Shown piece after piece: positions 12,382-25,122 of a DNA stretch of 64,000 bases; within the stretch, counting starts at the first letter, position 1, and every line of letters starts with the position of its first letter. The stretch lies in NCBI RefSeq assembly GCF_044704955.1, contig NC_091977.1, forward strand, positions 124,062,001 to 124,126,000. The letters are read 5' to 3'. The notes under the pieces were generated by a model that saw only the letters and a program-made list of their open reading frames with translations, was not told the DNA's origin and searched no databases. The stretch is from Pristiophorus japonicus (taxonomy: Eukaryota). A program made the translations under genes and the position numbers.

Positions 12382-13655
12382 TCATGAGGAGTTCCGAACT
12401 CCCGTGAGCGAGTGCAAGCGGGACCTATAAGCCAGCAGGAGGCGCGATAGGTGGTACTGAAGAGAGGGTCCCTGGATAAGGAGCATGCCTTGTTTTATGA
12501 CTTGGACCGCACGTTCTGCCTGGCCATTGGAAGCCGGCTTGAACGGTGCCGTCCGGACGTGTTTAATGCCATTACCCGACATAAACTCCTGGAATTCATG
12601 GCTGGTGAAACACGGGCCATTATCGCTCACCAGAATGTCCGGCAAGCTGTGGGTCGCGAAAACCATGCGCAGGCTTTCCACAGTGATGGATGTCATGCAC
12701 GAGTTTAATATGATGTACTCGATCCATTTCGAGTATGCATCGACTACAATCAAGAAAATTTTTCCCATGAATGGCCCTGCATAGTCCACGTGGATGCGTG
12801 ACCATGGTCTCGTGGGCCAGGGCCACGAGCTGAGTGGGGCCTCCCTGGGGGCATTGGCCAGCTGGGCACACGTCGTGCACCTGCGAACCCAGTGTTCCAG
12901 GTCTGAGTCAATCCCCGGCCACCATACATGTGACCTGGCAATGGCCTTCATTAGCACAATGCCAGAGTGCTCACTGTGGAGATCCCTGATGAATGCTTCC
13001 CTTCCTTTCTGGGGCATGACTACCCGGCTGCCCCATAGTAGGCAGTCGGCTTGGATGGAGAGCTCATCCATCCGACTCTGAAACGGTCTGACCTCCTCGG
13101 GGCACGGCCCGTGTGCGGGTGCCCAATCCCCAGTCAGGACACATTTCTTTATCATGGATAGGAGGGGGTCCCTGTTGGTCCAGAGTTTGATCTGGCGGGC
13201 TGTGATGGGGGAGCCTGCGGTGTCAAAAACCTCAACGACCATGACGATCTCAGCGCTTTGCTCCACTGCCCCCTCGGTAGTGGCCATTGGAAGCCTGCTG
13301 AGCGCGTAAGCGCAATTTTCGGTGCCTGATTGGTGCTGTATGGTGTAGTCATACACAGCCAGCGTGAGAGCCCATCGCTGTATGCGAGCTGACGCATTGG
13401 CATTGACAGCTTTGCTGTCGGACAACAGGTATGTTAACGGCTTGTGATCCATTTCTAAATCGAACGGTCTGACGAAAAGATACTGGTGCATCTTTTTCAC
13501 ACCGTAAACGCAAGCGAGTGCTTCCTTTTCAACCATGCCGTACCCACGCTCTGCCTGGGAGAGCGACCTGGAGGCATAAGCCACTGATTGTAGTCGGCCG
13601 TCGTCATTTCCCTGCTGCAACACACACCCAACCCCGTATGATGATGCATCGCATG
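12382..13655 (-). CDS. Gypsy pol fragment (RNase H-integrase), second GC-richer subfamily
   Basis: Open 441-aa ORF: CDASSYGVG, EKEALA, DHKPL, HHCC zinc finger, IHVDYAGP, VSDNG, NGQAER. Confidence 0.92.
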
Positions 13656-13659
13656 GGCT

Positions 13660-13906
13660 GGACTCTAGAACATATTCACACGAGGCATATACTGCAGACA
13701 AGGTCACTCATGACCTGCACCTTTATTCCCCGGACCAAGGAGTGCTGAGCCTACGTGGAACCTCCCTTTAAGTACCTGGCTGACCAGGTAAGGAGTGTCT
13801 CCCACAAGTTCACCCCCTATGGTCAAGGTGTGTATTTCACAGTTGTATACAGTGCGCAGTGTTGTTATATATTGGTTACAGTTATGTGAAGGTTACAAAC
13901 ATGACA
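13660..13906 (-). repeat. Probable LTR of the minus-strand Gypsy
   Basis: Minus strand starts TGTCATG, has AATAAA and LTR-like layout; abuts the pol fragment (deletion). Confidence 0.6.
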
Positions 13907-13908
13907 TC

Positions 13909-16190
13909 CATCGGGCCCACCGATTCGAAGACGGAGGCAATCAAAAACGCACCAAGACCACAGAACGTGACAGAGCTGCGGACATTTCTAGGACTCCTGA
14001 ATTACTTTGGTAACTTCTTACCAGGTCTTAGCACATTGTTAGAACCCCTGCATTCTTTACTGCGTAAAGGAGATGAATGGGTATGGGGTAAAAGCCAAGA
14101 AAATGTCTTTGAGAAAGCTAGGAAGCTGTTATGTTCAAACAAATTGCTTGTGTTGTACGATCCATGTAAACATTTGATGTACTAGCATGTGATGTGTCGT
14201 CATACAGGGCCGGGTGTGTATTGCAACAAGCTAATGAATTGGGGAAATTGCAACTGGTTGCTTATGCATCCAGAAGTCTGTCTAAGGCCGAGAGGGCCTA
14301 CAGTATGATCGAAAAAGAAGCGTTAGCGTGTGTTTACGGGGTAAAGAAAATGCATCAATATCTGTTCAGGCTCAAATTTGAATTTGAAACCAACCATAAG
14401 CCACTTATATCCCTCTTTTCTGAAAATAAGAGGATAACTGCGAATGCATCTTCCCGCATCCAGAGATGGGCGCTCACGTTGTCTGCATACAACTACGCCA
14501 TCCGCCACAGGCCAGGCACAGAAAACTGTGCCGATGCTCTCAGTAGGCTACCATTGGCCACCACAGGGGTGGAAATGGCACAGCCTGCAGATCTAGTTAT
14601 GGTAATGGAAGCACTCAAGAGTGAGCAATCACCTGTTACCGCCTGACAGATTAGAACCTGGACGAGCCAGGACCCCTTACTGTCCTTAGTAAAAAATTGT
14701 GTGCTCTACGGGAGTTGGTCTCGTGTCCCGTTAGAGATGCAGGAAGAAATAAAGCCGTACTAGCAGCTCAAAGATGAAATATCCATAGAGGCAGACTGCC
14801 TCCTATGGGGTAATCGGGTAGTTGTACCAAAAAGGGCATGGACACTTTCATTAGTGATAGCCACAGTATCCACCCAGGCATTGTAATGATGAAAGCAATA
14901 GCCAGATCCCACATGTGGTGGCCTGGTATCGATGCAGACTTAGAGTCCTGAGTGTGCAAATGTAATACATGTTCCCAGTTAAGCAATGCACCCAGGGAGG
15001 TGCCATTAAGTTTATGGTCTTGGCCCTCCAAACCGTGGTCTAGGGTTCATGTCAACTATGCAGATCCATTCTTGGGAAAAATGTTTTTAGTGGTTGTAGA
15101 TGCGTAATCCAAGTAGATTGAATGTGTGATAATGTCGGCAAGCATGTCCGCTGCCACCATTGAAAGCCTACGGGCTATGTTTGTCACACACGGCCTGCCT
15201 GATGTCCTTGTAAGTGACAATGGGCCGTACTTTATCAGTGCAGAATTCAAGGAATTCATGACCCGCAATAGGGTCAAACATGTCTCGTCTGCCCCGTTTA
15301 AGCCAGCATCCAATGGTCAGGCAGAATGAGCAGTTCTAACAATCAAGCAGAGCTTGAAAAGGGTAACTGAAGGCTCACTGCAGACTCGCCTATCCCGAGT
15401 CCTGCTTAGTTATCGCACAAGACCCCACTCGCTCATCGGGGTCCCTCCTGCTGAACTGCTCATGAAAAGGGCACTTAAGACAAGGCTCCTGGTAGTTCAC
15501 CCTGATTGACATGAACAGGTAGAGAGCAGGTGGCTTCAACAGAATACATATCATGATTGTGCAAATGTGTCACGGGAAATTGAAGTAAATGATCCTGTAT
15601 TTGTGTTGAACTATGGACAAGGTCCCAAGTGGATTGCTGGGACTGTTTTGGCCAAAGAGGTGAGTAGGGTATTTGTGGTCAAACTCGCAAATGGACTCAC
15701 CTGAAGAAAACACTTGGATAAAACCAAACTCAGATTTACAGACTATCCACAATAGACTCCACTATTTTCGACCTTCCAACACGCACACAAGTGGCAACCG
15801 ACCCAGCGGTTGACCACAAAGCAGAACCCATCACCCCCAGCAGTCCAGCAAGACCAGCTGCACAGCTGCCCAGCGAAGGCCCAACAAACAGCTTACCAAC
15901 ACCAGCATTTGCATCGAGACGATGAACCAGGGAGTGGATGGGTCCAGATCGACTCACATTGTAAATAGTTACACTATTGACTTTGGGAGAGAGTGTTGTT
16001 ATGTATGTTAACCTGTAATTACCATGTCTAACCACCAGAGGGCTTATCCCCTGGAGTCCCAAGGGATCCCACAATCCCTTGGCAGCACCTGTATATAAGG
16101 AGGCCTCACAGGCTGGAGAGGCACTCTGAGATCTGTAATAAAGGACTACGGTCACACTTACTTTGAGCTTGCAGTATCCAAGATTTAACA
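13909..16190 (+). mobile_element. Gypsy (same family as 675-7329), 5'-truncated, with 3' LTR 15997-16190
   Basis: RT end, RNaseH, integrase with stops; PPT; LTR matching 7118-7329. Confidence 0.93.
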
Positions 16191-16848
16191 CAACCTATCA
16201 ACCTTTCCTCATAAGTCCAGCCCCTCATCTCCGGAATCAACCTTGTGAACCTTCTGTGAACTGCTTCCAAAGCAAGTATATCCTTTCGTAAATATGGAAA
16301 CCAAAACTGCACGCAGTATTCCAGGTGTGGCCTCACCAATACCCTCTGCAACTTAACAAGACTTCCCTGCTTTTATACTCCATCCCCTTTGCAATAAAGG
16401 CCAAGATTCCATTGGCCTTCCTGATCACTTGCTGTACCTACAAACTGACCTTTTGTGTTTCATGCACAGGTCCCACTGTACTGCAGCACTTTGCAATCCT
16501 TCTCCATTTAAATAATAACTTGCTCTTTGATTTTTTTCTGCCAAAGTGCATGACCTCACACTTTCCAACATTATACTCCATCTGCCAAATTTTTGCCCAC
16601 TCACTTCGCCTGTCTATGTCCTTTTGCTGATTTTGTGTCTCCTCCTCACACATTGCTTTTCTTCCCACCTTTGTACCGTTGGCAAACTTGGCTACGTTAC
16701 ACTCGGCCCCTTCCTCCAAGTCGTTAATATAGATTGTAAATAGTTGGGGTCTCAGCACTGATCCCTGCGGCACCCCACTAGTTACTGATTGCCAACCCGA
16801 GAATGAACCATTTATCTCTACTCTCTGTTTTCTGTTCGTTAGCCAATT
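16191..16848 (-). mobile_element. CR1 LINE fragment
   Basis: SGVPQGSVL, RPHLEYCVQFW. Confidence 0.9.
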
Positions 16849-17366
16849 GAATGTCAAGTGGCGATGCTTAGACTCTCGTTCGTTAGAGATAGTCATTGCC
16901 TGGCAGTTGTTTAGTGCAAATGTTTCATGCCACTTATCAGCCCAATCCTGAACGTCGTCCAAGTCTTGCGGATTGCGGGCATGGACGGCTTCATTATCTG
17001 AGGAGTTGCAAATGGCCCTGAACACTGTGCAATCATCAGCAAACATCCCCGCTTCTGACCTTTTGATGGAGGGAAGGTCATTTATGTTGCAGCTGAAGTT
17101 GGTTGGACCCAGGACACTGCCCTGCAGTGATGTCCTGGTGCTGTGATGATTGACCTCCTACCACCACAACCATCTTCTTTTGTGCTAGGTATGACTCCAG
17201 ACAGTGGAGAGTTTCCCCCCTGATTCCCATTGACTTCAATTTTACTGGGGCTCCTTGATGCCACATTTGGTCAAATGCTGCCTTGATGTCAAGGGCTGTC
17301 ACTCTCACCTTACCTCTGGAATTCAGCTCTTTTGTCCATGTTTGGACCAAGGCTGTAATGAGGTCT
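16849..17366 (-). mobile_element. LINE RT fragment of a second CR1-clade family
   Basis: ALDIKAAFDQMWHQG, VVVGGQSS, MFADDCT. Confidence 0.85.
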
Positions 17367-17447
17367 ATTTGAAACCTTAAATTAAATTACAGCCTTGATG
17401 TCCTTCTGTGGCGTCTGTTGTTTGCATAATTATTTTAAAAGATATAT

Positions 17448-18069
17448 GGGGTGGATTGTCATTGGGCTTGCATCTGTATGGATGTCTCGGAGGGGCGTTA
17501 ATTGATATGCAAATGATTTCCGGCCAGCTTCCCGTGCCCTGCTGGAAAATTGGTGCCGGTTTTGCGGAGGCGCTGAGCTGTACCATCCGGGAGCATTGAG
17601 CCGGTGTGCAACGCTCCTGGTTGCGACAGTGTGGTGAAATTTGGTTTGAGCGGGACCCATAGTGTCCCGTAGTGGGACCGCCTGGGAAAACGGGCGGTCC
17701 GAGCTGTTCCGGCAGCAGTGAGGGAAGGAATGACTACATAAGGTAAGTGTGATTGTTTTTATTTGTTTTATTTTTGCAATTTATCTTTTCGTGGGGTGAG
17801 CACGGTATAGGGAACGTTTTTTTTGGTGATTGTTTTTCCAGGGAAGTCTCTCATAGAGTGCTCCTAGGCCGGCTCTTTGCAATGGATTTGCAGTTGCTCA
17901 GCCGGCCATGCACCCTAAGTGAGGTATGGGATGCCTCCCTTAGCACTCCACTCCACACTCGGCCCAGCTGCTGAATCTTGTGGCTGCAGACGCAAACTAT
18001 TTCCCGATGCAAGCTTTACTGCCTCGCCCCCATTATCGCCCGAAAAAGCCTCCAACTGAAATCCAGCCC
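17448..18069. mobile_element. Harbinger-type MITE
   Basis: Inverted termini GGGGTGGATT / AATCCAGCCC, GC-rich interior; TSD not clean. Confidence 0.55.
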
Positions 18070-18681
18070 ATACTTTTTATTTTATGTGCATATATGCATC
18101 TGCAGTGGGGGAGGGTTGAAGGAGTTTGGGAATTTATCCACTCGAGACTGTGACATTATTACTGGAAGATTATTGAGAAATAATCTACAGGTAATTACTG
18201 GGGGAACACTACATCCAGTTTATAAAATGATCAATGGACACAGCTCTCAGTAAAATGAAATTATTAATTTATTGTAGTCATCCATATGTAATGACAAAGT
18301 AATTTTACGTACAGAGATTATTGTATTGGCAAGCACAAGTCTATAAACTTTGACTTGTACTCCAGGGTAAGAACCAAAGGCTGAGACTGACATGCCTGAG
18401 TAAGCTTAACATATAGATTTTATACTAATCTGTGCCTTAGGACAAGGTACTAATGAATAGTAAGTACTCACAAAGAAGTGAGTTTTCAAATATGGTGTGA
18501 AGCCTAGTTGGAATGTTATATTTGCTCAAAATATTATACTTTCAATAGTAGCTTATTTTTTTAAAGCTATTAAAATAAACAAAATGGCACAGTTAGAATC
18601 TAATAAAAAGATAGAATTAAAATTCAAGATACACATCTGTAGAGAAAAATTATAATTATTCAATTAGCTGCATTCTTATTA

Positions 18682-19095
18682 GTGTCAGCTGTGGCTTGGA
18701 TGCTAGAATTCTTGCGTCTGAGTCAAACGGCTGTGGATTCGAGGCTGATCCTCCAATGCTATACTGAGGGTATGTTGCACTGTCGGAGGTGTTAAACCGA
18801 AGCCCCATCTGCCCTCTTCGGTGGATGTAAAAGATCCCATGCCAATATTTAGAAGAAGAGCAGGGGAACTATCCCCTGTGTCCTGGCCAATATTTATCCC
18901 TCAGTCAATATCGCTAAAAACAGAATATCTGATCATTATCACATTGCTGTTTGAGGGAGCTTGCTGTGTGCAAATTGGCAGCCGCATTTCCAACATTTCA
19001 ACAGTGACTGCACTTCAAAAAAAGTGCTTCATTGTCTGTAAAGTGCTTTGGGACATCCTGAGATTGTGAGAGGGGCTATAAAAATGCAAATCTTA
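18682..19095 (+). mobile_element. DeuSINE (SacSINE1/AmnSINE1-like)
   Basis: tRNA-like head, Deu-domain core GATGTAAAAGATCCCATG..GTGTCCTGGCCAATATTTATCCCTC..CACATTGCTGTTTG, L2-like tail. Confidence 0.85.
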
Positions 19096-21139
19096 CTTTT
19101 ACTATTTCAGACTATTTCCTCCTCACTCTCCAAACCCCCACCCAAACAGTTCCATGAGCTGACTTGTAACACAATGACTTTCCTGTAACCTAATTAATAA
19201 ACAAGACAAATTAATTATTGCATGGCCTCCCTTCCTCTTCTTTGCATTATCCCTACTAATTAACCTTGCCAAATTCTTATTACTCTAAAAAGTACATTAC
19301 TCATCACACAACATGGGGACTGGTTTCTATGCTACAGTTGAACAACTTGAATTGTAGCTACTTTGATAACCTAGTGTAACTGTACTAAGGATATTAGTGT
19401 CTGAGGCAATAACAATAAGCAATATATTTTACTCTGAATGGCCACATTTTATTTTTTACACAGTAGTTTTGTTCTGAGGGTCTTTTGCACTCAGAAATTA
19501 TATCATGTGTGTTATTTCCAACAGTGGTTCACAGTCAATGATTTATGTCCCGGGCTTTCACTGCAAAAGCTAATTTAAGTTATACGCCTGTGGTTCATTC
19601 TGCCCTCTCCCACCCATCTTCAGAATGTGATTTTATTCTGTTTCTCATTTCTCTCTCCAGGTTTCTTTTAATATACCTGATTTTTATTGTTTTCATTGTC
19701 TTCCAATCTGACTTTTTTCTTCTCACCAATTATTATATTTATTCATTTTACTATCTTCTAGTTTGGTTCTCTTTCATGTCATTCTCCTGTTTTGCCAGAA
19801 AGTTAAACACATACCATTCCAAATTTTGTGATAGGCACATTCAATTGATAAATTTTAGTATATCCTTTTCATAATTTTCAATGAAGCCATTCTGCTGGAT
19901 AATTAAGACAAGAAGGTTGATTAATGGCACAGAATAGCTGGAGAAGTTTCCAGAACTGCCCCGTCAATGACATGGCAGGTTAGGAATCAATGGGCAGCTG
20001 CTGTCGGTGCCACTAATTCGGATTGCACTGATTAATCAGCAGAAGCTCTTCATGCAGTCATTTGAGAATTTTCAGAGCTCCGTGCATGGAATGTCAGAAC
20101 ACACAGCAGTGCAATATTGGCATCTCTGTAACTGTATGAGAAGGTTTCAGGAACCTGCAGAGCATCACAAAGCAAGTGGCATCACCCTCTGACTCCTGCA
20201 GGGGAGTTCCAAAGGATATAAGGCCCAAGTGCCTATACAATTTTGCTCATCAATGCTATATCTTCTGTGATTGAAAGCTTGGGCTCCAACTAATGGGAAG
20301 CTCTCACCTTCCAATTACAGAGGCTAACGGATCAGCTTGAAAGCACCTCGATGACAGATTTTATGCACATGTATCCCTGGTCATGTATAAGGGTCAGGGA
20401 ACAACTGGGGAATGGCAGGAAGAGAGATGGACGAGGCTGTCTCTCAGGGTGAGGATACATTTTCCTCTCACAGTCTCCTCGGAGAACTGTAGCACAAACA
20501 AAGTGGTGACAGAACAGACACCAGTGTAGATTCTGAAGTACTAGCAGGGCCATCTCATGACCCAGCAGAAATAGAGCATTCTTCACAGGTGGAATCATGA
20601 ATACCCTATTGAGGAATAACAGCAGGCTACCACACTTGCTCCTCTTGCTACCATGGTACTTAGAAGGAACAAAAGATTAGGAAATAGACAGCATGCACTC
20701 TACACCATCACCAAGGGCAAGCACAAAGAGAGAAATCATTAATACAGGGATGCACATGTGGGTAAGATAAATAAATTTGTTGCATCTTCTTTGCAACGTT
20801 TGGTGAAGACCTGTTGGTCAGAAAGGACATGTTTGCCTGTTGAGTTTGGGGACAAACATGCAAACTTGACCATGGAGGTTGAGGGGGTGCGGGGATTTGA
20901 ATCCGCATATTGATATGGGTCAAGTAGAGTACAGAAAGGAGCATAGAGATATACATATTGGAACTGTATGGCTGTTTTGGACAAAAAGTCTGACCAATTA
21001 GTTCTTGATGCATCAGACTGCCTGGCTGTGTAGCAGACAGCCTTTTCTCCTTTCATCTATTCAGTTAATGGTGCAGGCATGCCTTCCAGCCCTTCTGGGT
21101 ATGTGAGTTGTTCTCTTCTAATAGGAAAATTTTACAGAA

Positions 21140-21515
21140 CACAGCAAATGTGGTTGACACTTAACAGCCCTCTGAAATGGCCTAGCAAGCCACTCAGATT
21201 TATCAAACTGCTACAAAGTACTACAATAAGAATAAAACCGGACAGACCACCCAGCATCAACTTAGGCACCGGATTCAGACACAACAAAGGTCAGTCAACC
21301 CGGCAAAGTCCTCCTCACTAACAACTGGGGACTTGTGTCAAAATTGGGAGAGCTGCCCCACAGACTAGTCAAGCAATAGCCTGACATAGTCATACTCACA
21401 GAATCATACTTTTCAGTCAACATTCCAGGCTCCTCCATCACCATCCCTGGGTATGTCCTGTCCCACCAGCAGGACAGACTCACCAGAGGTGGTAGCACAG
21501 TTGTATACAGTCGGG
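21140..21515 (+). mobile_element. LINE APE endonuclease N-terminal fragment
   Basis: NWGLVSKLGEL..PDIVILTESY..IPGYVLSHQQDR..RGG. Confidence 0.8.
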
Positions 21516-21536
21516 TGAGGTAAAAGTGACTGCCCT

Positions 21537-21870
21537 TAGAATCATAGAAAAATCATAGAAAATTACGACACTGAAGGAGTCCATTCAGCCCATCGTGTCC
21601 GTGTCGGTCGAAAAAGAGCTACCCAGTCTAATCCCACCTTCCAGCACTAGGTCCATAGCACTGTAGGTCATGGCTCTTTAAGAGCACGACCAAGTACTTT
21701 TTAAATGTGATGTGGGTTTCTGCCTCTGCCACCCTTTCAGGCAGTGAGTTGCAGACCCCTACCACCCTCTGGGTGAACATTTTTTTCCTCATCTCCCCTA
21801 TAATCCTTCTGCTAATAACTTTAAATCTATGCCCCACTGGTTGTTGACCCCTCTACTAAGGGAAATAGGC
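21537..21870 (-). mobile_element. CR1 3' fragment
   Basis: FTQRVVGVCNSLP and octamer tail. Confidence 0.88.
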
Positions 21871-22899
21871 ACTAGATATAACATAGAAGGTCAGAGGCAC
21901 AGACTTAGAATGATTTATTGTAAGCCTGAGACAGCTGCAGACTCTCACAACATTTGTATGGGAGGAAAAGGGTATAAAGTTACAGCTATTCAACTTTAGG
22001 GGCAACGCTATTACAGACCAAACTGAGGAAGGACTACGGTCAATAGAACACAGTAAGAGACAAACGGCGCGGTGACTCAGTGGCCTACCATTTGAAGTTT
22101 TGATGAATAGACTGTCACTATCGCCTTGTTAAGTTTTATTTCTTTGTACTGCAAGGAAACTAGTTAATAAAATCTGTTCTGCTAATCTCAAAACACCTGT
22201 GCTCATCGTGCTTTGCTGTGGTCACGGACCTAACTCTATTCTGAGAGATGGAATCAATCTGACCAATCGAATAACCCTCACAACACATAAAGAGTAATGT
22301 GATGGACCTTAACCCACGCAGCAAGATATGTTTCTCTATTTGACTCCATTGAAGGGAAGGTGTTTTAGGGAAAGCAGCAATGAGTAGCGAAAGGTAGTAA
22401 AGGCTCAGTGGAGATGCCCTCCAAAGGCTTTGAGATAATTTAATGCGGAACATATTTAGGCACATATTGTGACTACGCAGATGGTATTGGATTATGTCAG
22501 GCTGAATAAGCGAAAGTTAGAAGATGTAAAGAAATGACGCATCGCTGCAACTGATAGTCAGAAGATCATTACATGAGGTATGGAACATGGGAAAAGACAT
22601 TTAATATACTGCAATGTAACTGATTACCATGTCATCTCAGGGGTGGCACTCTGCCATGTTTGGCCTCCAAAAAAGAGAGTTGTAGTGCAAGCCTTAAGGT
22701 CTGCCCTGCAAGTAGGTAAAGTGAGTGTCATTGAATGGCATCCTTCCTGCATTGGTGACCTTTCCTTGTCGTGTTGCGATGGCCTGATGACAGGACCCAT
22801 TATACAGTGCAGTCATATGTGGATGGCAAGCAATTCCTGGTGAAGCAGATGGCCTGAGGGACAGATGTGTGTTTCTCACAAGGTACCACACATGATGTT

Positions 22900-25122
22900 A
22901 AAATCAGCCACTGACCAAGAGAGGGTCAACAATATGAGTGAATTTACAAGTGCACAATAACAAAGGTTACATAACATTATTACATTTAAGAACATTTCCA
23001 TCACCAATATCCACCCCTCTACCCAGCACCACCACATCTCTTTCCCCCCGCCCTTGAAGCGATGCCCAAGTTCCTCTTCCTCACCCCGCCTACACCACGC
23101 ACCACGCATCCCACTCCCCTGCCCATCACTGCCTCTGGTTGACGAGGTTGTGCAGGAGGGCAGCGGGATATCTGCAGATGTGTGCATCTTGGTGAGAAGG
23201 CAGGGGGTGTGGCCGAAGGCACCGGGATCTCCTGCTCCTCCGGACCTGTCTGCCTTGATGGTGTGGGGTTGGGGGCTTGCACTACGCGGCAAGAAGCCAT
23301 CTCTTGCTTCATCACCTCAACGGACTCGGTTGTGCGCTCCAACACAATAATAAGCCAGTCCATCCTGGCATCATGCTGCTGAATGAAGGTGGCGATGCTG
23401 CCGGCTATCCCAGCCATGGTCTGGAACATATCGCACCCTATCTCCACGCTCGTCCGTGATAGCTGGACCATCTCCTGAATAGCAGAGAGACATCCTGCAT
23501 CCTCACCTGGTTGCTCACTCCTGGTGGGTTCAGGCGCCTTGGTTGCCTTCAAGCCACGGCCTCTGCACTTGGTAGAGCTTGCTAGTGTGGAGTCCGTTCC
23601 AAACCCCAGGAACTCAGAGCCTGACACCAAGGTTCTGCTGACAGTTGGCACACATGGCAGGAGGCTGCTGTCCATCCTGTTCCAGCTCCTCAAGCTCAAG
23701 AGCCTTAAAGATGGGCCCTCCTCTTCTTTTTGGCTCTGGGTGGCGGAGATGGGAGCGGTGGAAATTGGTGATCTGGGGGAAGGGGGCGCAGGTGGCGGAA
23801 GGAGCTGCTGTGTTGGGCTGGGGGCAATGTTGGCGTGGGAGACGTTGGGGTCTGATGGCTTCTCTGAATGCCAGAGGTCGATGGTGTGCCTTGATCTGTG
23901 CTGTCCGAGTCATCATCTGCAAGTAGAGGACAACATTTCAGTCTGTAGGGGGGGATGGGGCTGGTCAAGCTGACATGTGAGCCGTGCCATCTTACATTCT
24001 GCCAGTAAGGAGTTGCATCTCTACATGGGCACACCAATAATGGGCAACAAAGTGTATGTTAAACCGTGAGTGCCTTAACATTGCATGATCTTTCATGCCA
24101 TGAGCGTGGCTCAGACCACAGATTAGTATAACCTTACCATGCTGTAGCACCGGATCTGCATCAACTGTTGTAGTTGCATGGCAGCGATAACCCAGCAATG
24201 CCACCGCACGCTCCTCCAGCCTGCTCAATTCTACCAGCTCTGCTGGTCCCCCTCCCAACGCATGCAGGCTTGCTGCCTTGGATGCATTTTTCTTCAGCAC
24301 AAAGAAACGTTGCAGCCTTTAGCCCCTTTGTTCATGCCCACCACACACACTCCCACACACACACACACACATCTGGCACACAACCTTTTTGGAGTTGGAC
24401 AGGAGGGGGGCAATAAATTTTTACTTACTCTTGCTGCCGCCACCAAATTGTTCCAATGTTTCCGGCATTGGTACCCATCCTGCTCAACGTTGCCCATTGT
24501 GGACACGATCTCATCGATCTCCCTTCAAATACATCAGTATTGTGGAACGACCATCCCGGGGGAGGTCTTTATACTTGCGATGCACCTCTGTTGCTAGCTC
24601 CTCCAATTCCTCTTCATTAAACCATGGAGCTCTGGGCCTGGTTTTGACAGTCTTCATTGCAGATTTTCTCCCACTCACCCTCGACGATTAAAGGAATGGC
24701 TGCTCAAGACTTTGTGGTTCTCAATTTACAACACTGTTCCCCTCTCCAGCTCAGACTCTGCCCTCTCCAACTCAGTAGATTCTGCCCTCTCCAATCTCTA
24801 ACTCACACTCTCCCCTCTCCCACTCACAGCTGCAAGAGAGTGATGTGTCTTTAAGAGCATGTGCAGATGTCCCATCAGCCTCAAATGCAGCCGAAATAAC
24901 ATCAGGTGGGTGAAAAGACTACAAAAAAAACCTCACCAAGTCACGCACATGTACATTGCAGGGCCTTCGAAGTTCTCTGAGTGGAGAGGCCGCTGCTGCC
25001 CACACAACGTAGCCAAAACAGGCTCCTGACGGGACCCGGCGGCAGCGAGCGCCAAAAAGATAGATGCCACCCGGGGACTGCCAAAAAATGGGCTGGACTT
25101 ACCACTGACCAATCTTAGCCCC
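22900..25122 (-). mobile_element. PIF/Harbinger element carrying Myb/SANT gene (left end undefined)
   Basis: Right terminus AATCTTAGCCCC at 25122; three-exon Myb/SANT pseudogene. Confidence 0.7.
23019..24657 (-). pseudogene. Harbinger Myb/SANT protein gene, three exons
   Basis: ATG 24657 MKTVKTRPRAPWFNEEELEELATEV..QCRKHWNNLVAAAR|GTAAGT (24428); exon2 24291-24138 with LGGGP motif; exon3 from 23916 DDDSDS..; frameshifts; 3' end approximate. Confidence 0.8.

Noticed and set aside
16438-17046. 202-aa ORF with two FADD-like regions
   Set aside because: Chance in-frame fusion of two adjacent LINE fragments at about 16848
19900-20600. Coding-like purine-rich stretch, possibly an old Harbinger Myb exon
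   Set aside because: No diagnostic motif recoverable
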